A DNA stretch of 64,000 nucleotides from Synechococcales cyanobacterium OTE_70_metabat_200 (GTDB taxonomy: Bacteria; Cyanobacteriota; Cyanobacteriia; Cyanobacteriales; Chamaesiphonaceae), in assembly GCA_031375385.1 (NCBI GenBank), contig JANMHS010000012.1, positions 1,691 through 65,690 on the forward strand, in the 5' to 3' direction. Below the pieces are notes generated by a model, which worked only from the letters and a program-made list of their open reading frames with translations, was not told where the DNA came from and ran no database searches. Below are positions 62,287-64,000 of this stretch, one piece after another. Position numbers and translations under genes: made by a program. Numbering within the stretch: position 1 is the stretch's first letter; each line of letters begins with the position of its first letter.

Positions 62287-63738
62287 CTATTTTCCTGATT
62301 GAGCCAGTAAAGCCTGACCCCTAGGCGTCAAACGATACTTTTGCAACCGACTATTCGGCTTCTCTGGAATCGTGTACTCAATGAGTTGCTTACTCAATAG
62401 CTCCTTAATCGATCGATTTACAGCCCCGGATACACCATCATGCCCCAGCGCCCGCGCAATCTCAGCTCGCTGCAACGGCTGCTTGACCAGCGCCAGCAGA
62501 ACACCCTTAGACGTTTCTGACTCTAGCCCCGACTCTAGCCCCGACTCTAGCCCCACTGCATCGACTTGTGCCTTTATCCGACTCACCACCACATGTTCCG
62601 CCAGGAAAATCGTCACCCTGACCCTCAATCCCAACTCCACAATCTGCGGCGCTGGCAAACCCAACTCCTCCGCTTCGCGGAAAATTCGACGGATGCCACT
62701 GCCCCATTGCTCAATTAGCTCCAGCTCCCGAAACACCCGCGCAATCACTGGATTCCGAATTTTAGAAATACCCTGCTTCATATCCTCGATCGTCATCCCC
62801 GGCAACAAAATCCCCGGATTTTCTACCTCAATTCGGTCATCAAAAAAAGCCACCCGAATCGGCGCTCCCTGCTGAGAATAATCACTATGCACCAAAGCAT
62901 TAATCACCACCTCCCGCAAAATCCCCAACGGAATACTCCAAACATCCCGGCGGCGAATCTCCGAGAAATCTGCGCCACGCATCGCATGTTTCTTGAGAAA
63001 CAACATAATGCTATCCACCATCTGGGGCAAAGCGTCATAGAGTTCAATATGATCAAAAATCGCCGCCTTATCTTTACCCACAAAACGTCCACACTGCACC
63101 CAAGCATCGGGTAAATGAAACTCGCGATTTTTCCCAAATAAAACCATGGCTCCCTTAGTTGGCACTAGCTTCCCTTGATCTGGACATAATAACCGCAGTG
63201 TCAAAAGCCCCTGCTGATTTAATTCTCGCCGATCGCCAAAACACTTTTGAGCCACAGCCAGATCCAGATCGGACTCCGCTACATCTGGCATCGGCATGGC
63301 ATCAAAGGAAATCCCTTGACTTGATCGCCGCAATTCCCCAATCAACTCCCGATCAGCCTGCCGATTAGAAGAACCCAGTCGCACATATACACCGTTTTCC
63401 GCACCTTCTGATCGCAAGTAATGAGGCCGAGAATTGCTTAGGTAAACCTCAATAATCAAGAGTGTCTGACCCTGGATTGTCACCATTTCTATATTTGGCA
63501 CCAAGCGGGGAGCGATTGAATCCGCAATCAAGCTTCCCAACCGCTCCTCTTCATCCAGTGGTGATTCTACCCCCAGAGGCTTCCTGGTCTGGTCATCTAC
63601 CCCCACGAATATTTTGCCCCCGGTGGTATTAGCAAAGGCCACCAAGGTTTTCAGCAAATTCTTAGGCGATGATAGATCGCGTTTGAACTCGATCGTTTTG
63701 CCTTCATTTAGATTCAGTATATTAGACATATTTTCCAT
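62287..63738 (-). CDS. AlbA_2 (Schlafen-like divergent AAA) / HATPase_c_4 / wHTH protein
   Basis: The N-terminal part reads EGKTIEFKRDLSSPKNLLKTLVAFANTTGGKIFVGVDD. The central part reads REVVINALVHSDY...PIRVAFFDDRIEVENPG, and a wHTH lies at the C-terminus. The start is set at MENMSNIL (63738). Confidence 0.7.
   Translation of the reverse strand: MENMSNILNLNEGKTIEFKRDLSSPKNLLKTLVAFANTTGGKIFVGVDDQTRKPLGVESPLDEEERLGSLIADSIAPRLVPNIEMVTIQGQTLLIIEVYLSNSRPHYLRSEGAENGVYVRLGSSNRQADRELIGELRRSSQGISFDAMPMPDVAESDLDLAVAQKCFGDRRELNQQGLLTLRLLCPDQGKLVPTKGAMVLFGKNREFHLPDAWVQCGRFVGKDKAAIFDHIELYDALPQMVDSIMLFLKKHAMRGADFSEIRRRDVWSIPLGILREVVINALVHSDYSQQGAPIRVAFFDDRIEVENPGILLPGMTIEDMKQGISKIRNPVIARVFRELELIEQWGSGIRRIFREAEELGLPAPQIVELGLRVRVTIFLAEHVVVSRIKAQVDAVGLESGLESGLESETSKGVLLALVKQPLQRAEIARALGHDGVSGAVNRSIKELLSKQLIEYTIPEKPNSRLQKYRLTPRGQALLAQSGK
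62519..62554. repeat. 3 x 12-bp perfect tandem repeat inside a CDS
   Basis: GACTCTAGCCCC occurs three times, encoding GLESGLESGLES in the linker before the C-terminal wHTH. Confidence 0.9.
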
Positions 63739-64000
63739 GGTCTGACAGTGACCGTACTTGGAGCCAGTTTGTTGCTGCCGATCGCGAGTTTGCTTGCCTG
63801 GTAGCAGGATTAATGGAGAGCTCCTAACTCCAACTATTCCACATCTTCGGGTAACTTCTTGTTTGCGAACCACTTTAGTGATTTTTTGCTTAATTTGTCT
63901 TGGCTACTAGCTTGGATAATACTATGCCTAGGTGCTGCCGAACTTGGCGTTCAAAGTCAGCTTCGTTTTGAAATTTCCAATACAAGCCTTCAGCCGGAAA

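Noticed and set aside
62519-62554. Possible CRISPR-like repeats (also 9277..9384 and 61348..61415)
   Set aside because: These are directly abutting tandem repeats of 12-54 bp with no spacers, all in frame within coding sequences. No CRISPR array or cas genes are present in the window.
63928-64000. Possible 3-prime end of a minus-strand gene entering from the right edge (..FRLKACIGNFKTKLTLNAKFGST*)
   Set aside because: Only 24 codons are visible, too short to distinguish from chance.

Overview
This is a cyanobacterial chromosome segment. The evidence is dense HIP1 (GCGATCGC) sites (e.g. 30855..30862), two Uma2/DUF820 genes, a PatA-type chemosensory cluster, a COP23 gene, cyanobacterial-type glnB, and large WD40/STAND proteins. 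About 58 protein genes and one tRNA (His) can be supported. I saw no rRNA, CRISPR array, transposase or integrase.

Most of the window is housekeeping or ordinary accessory genes:
- Housekeeping: glnB, hrcA, cysE, rluD, panB, eda, pheA, sps.
- A Pil/Hmp-like chemotaxis operon.
- An OmpR/HK two-component pair.
- A DevBCA-type exporter.

Two visibly AT-richer insertions look like anti-phage defence loci.

1. A 4.1 kb island splits devB-devC from devA. It carries a TIR domain fused to a PtuA/Septu-like ABC ATPase. That gene is translationally coupled (ATGA overlap) to a PtuB-like HNH gene, which is interrupted by an in-frame amber codon. A Uma2 nuclease gene and a Cys-rich ORF are also present. 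I do not recognise the TIR fusion as a canonical Septu architecture.

2. A PARIS-like pair (AriA-like ABC ATPase plus a DUF4435/TOPRIM AriB-like gene) sits next to the sucrose-phosphate synthase gene. The locus has a tandem structure: flankL-PARIS-flankR | flankL-sps-flankR. The inner flank copies are short fragments of the neighbouring genes, 92 percent identical with mostly synonymous differences. This suggests Campbell-type integration of a circularised allele from a related strain.

Other oddities:
- A 29-bp element embedded in three unrelated coding sequences.
- Two very long CACGTG-cored palindromes between convergent genes.
- Nested REP-like palindromes.
- A SWIM/DUF5691 pair interrupted by a Uma2 gene.
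- A RelE-type TA pair next to an AlbA_2/Schlafen-like ATPase.

All family assignments come from motif recognition by eye. No database search was run.
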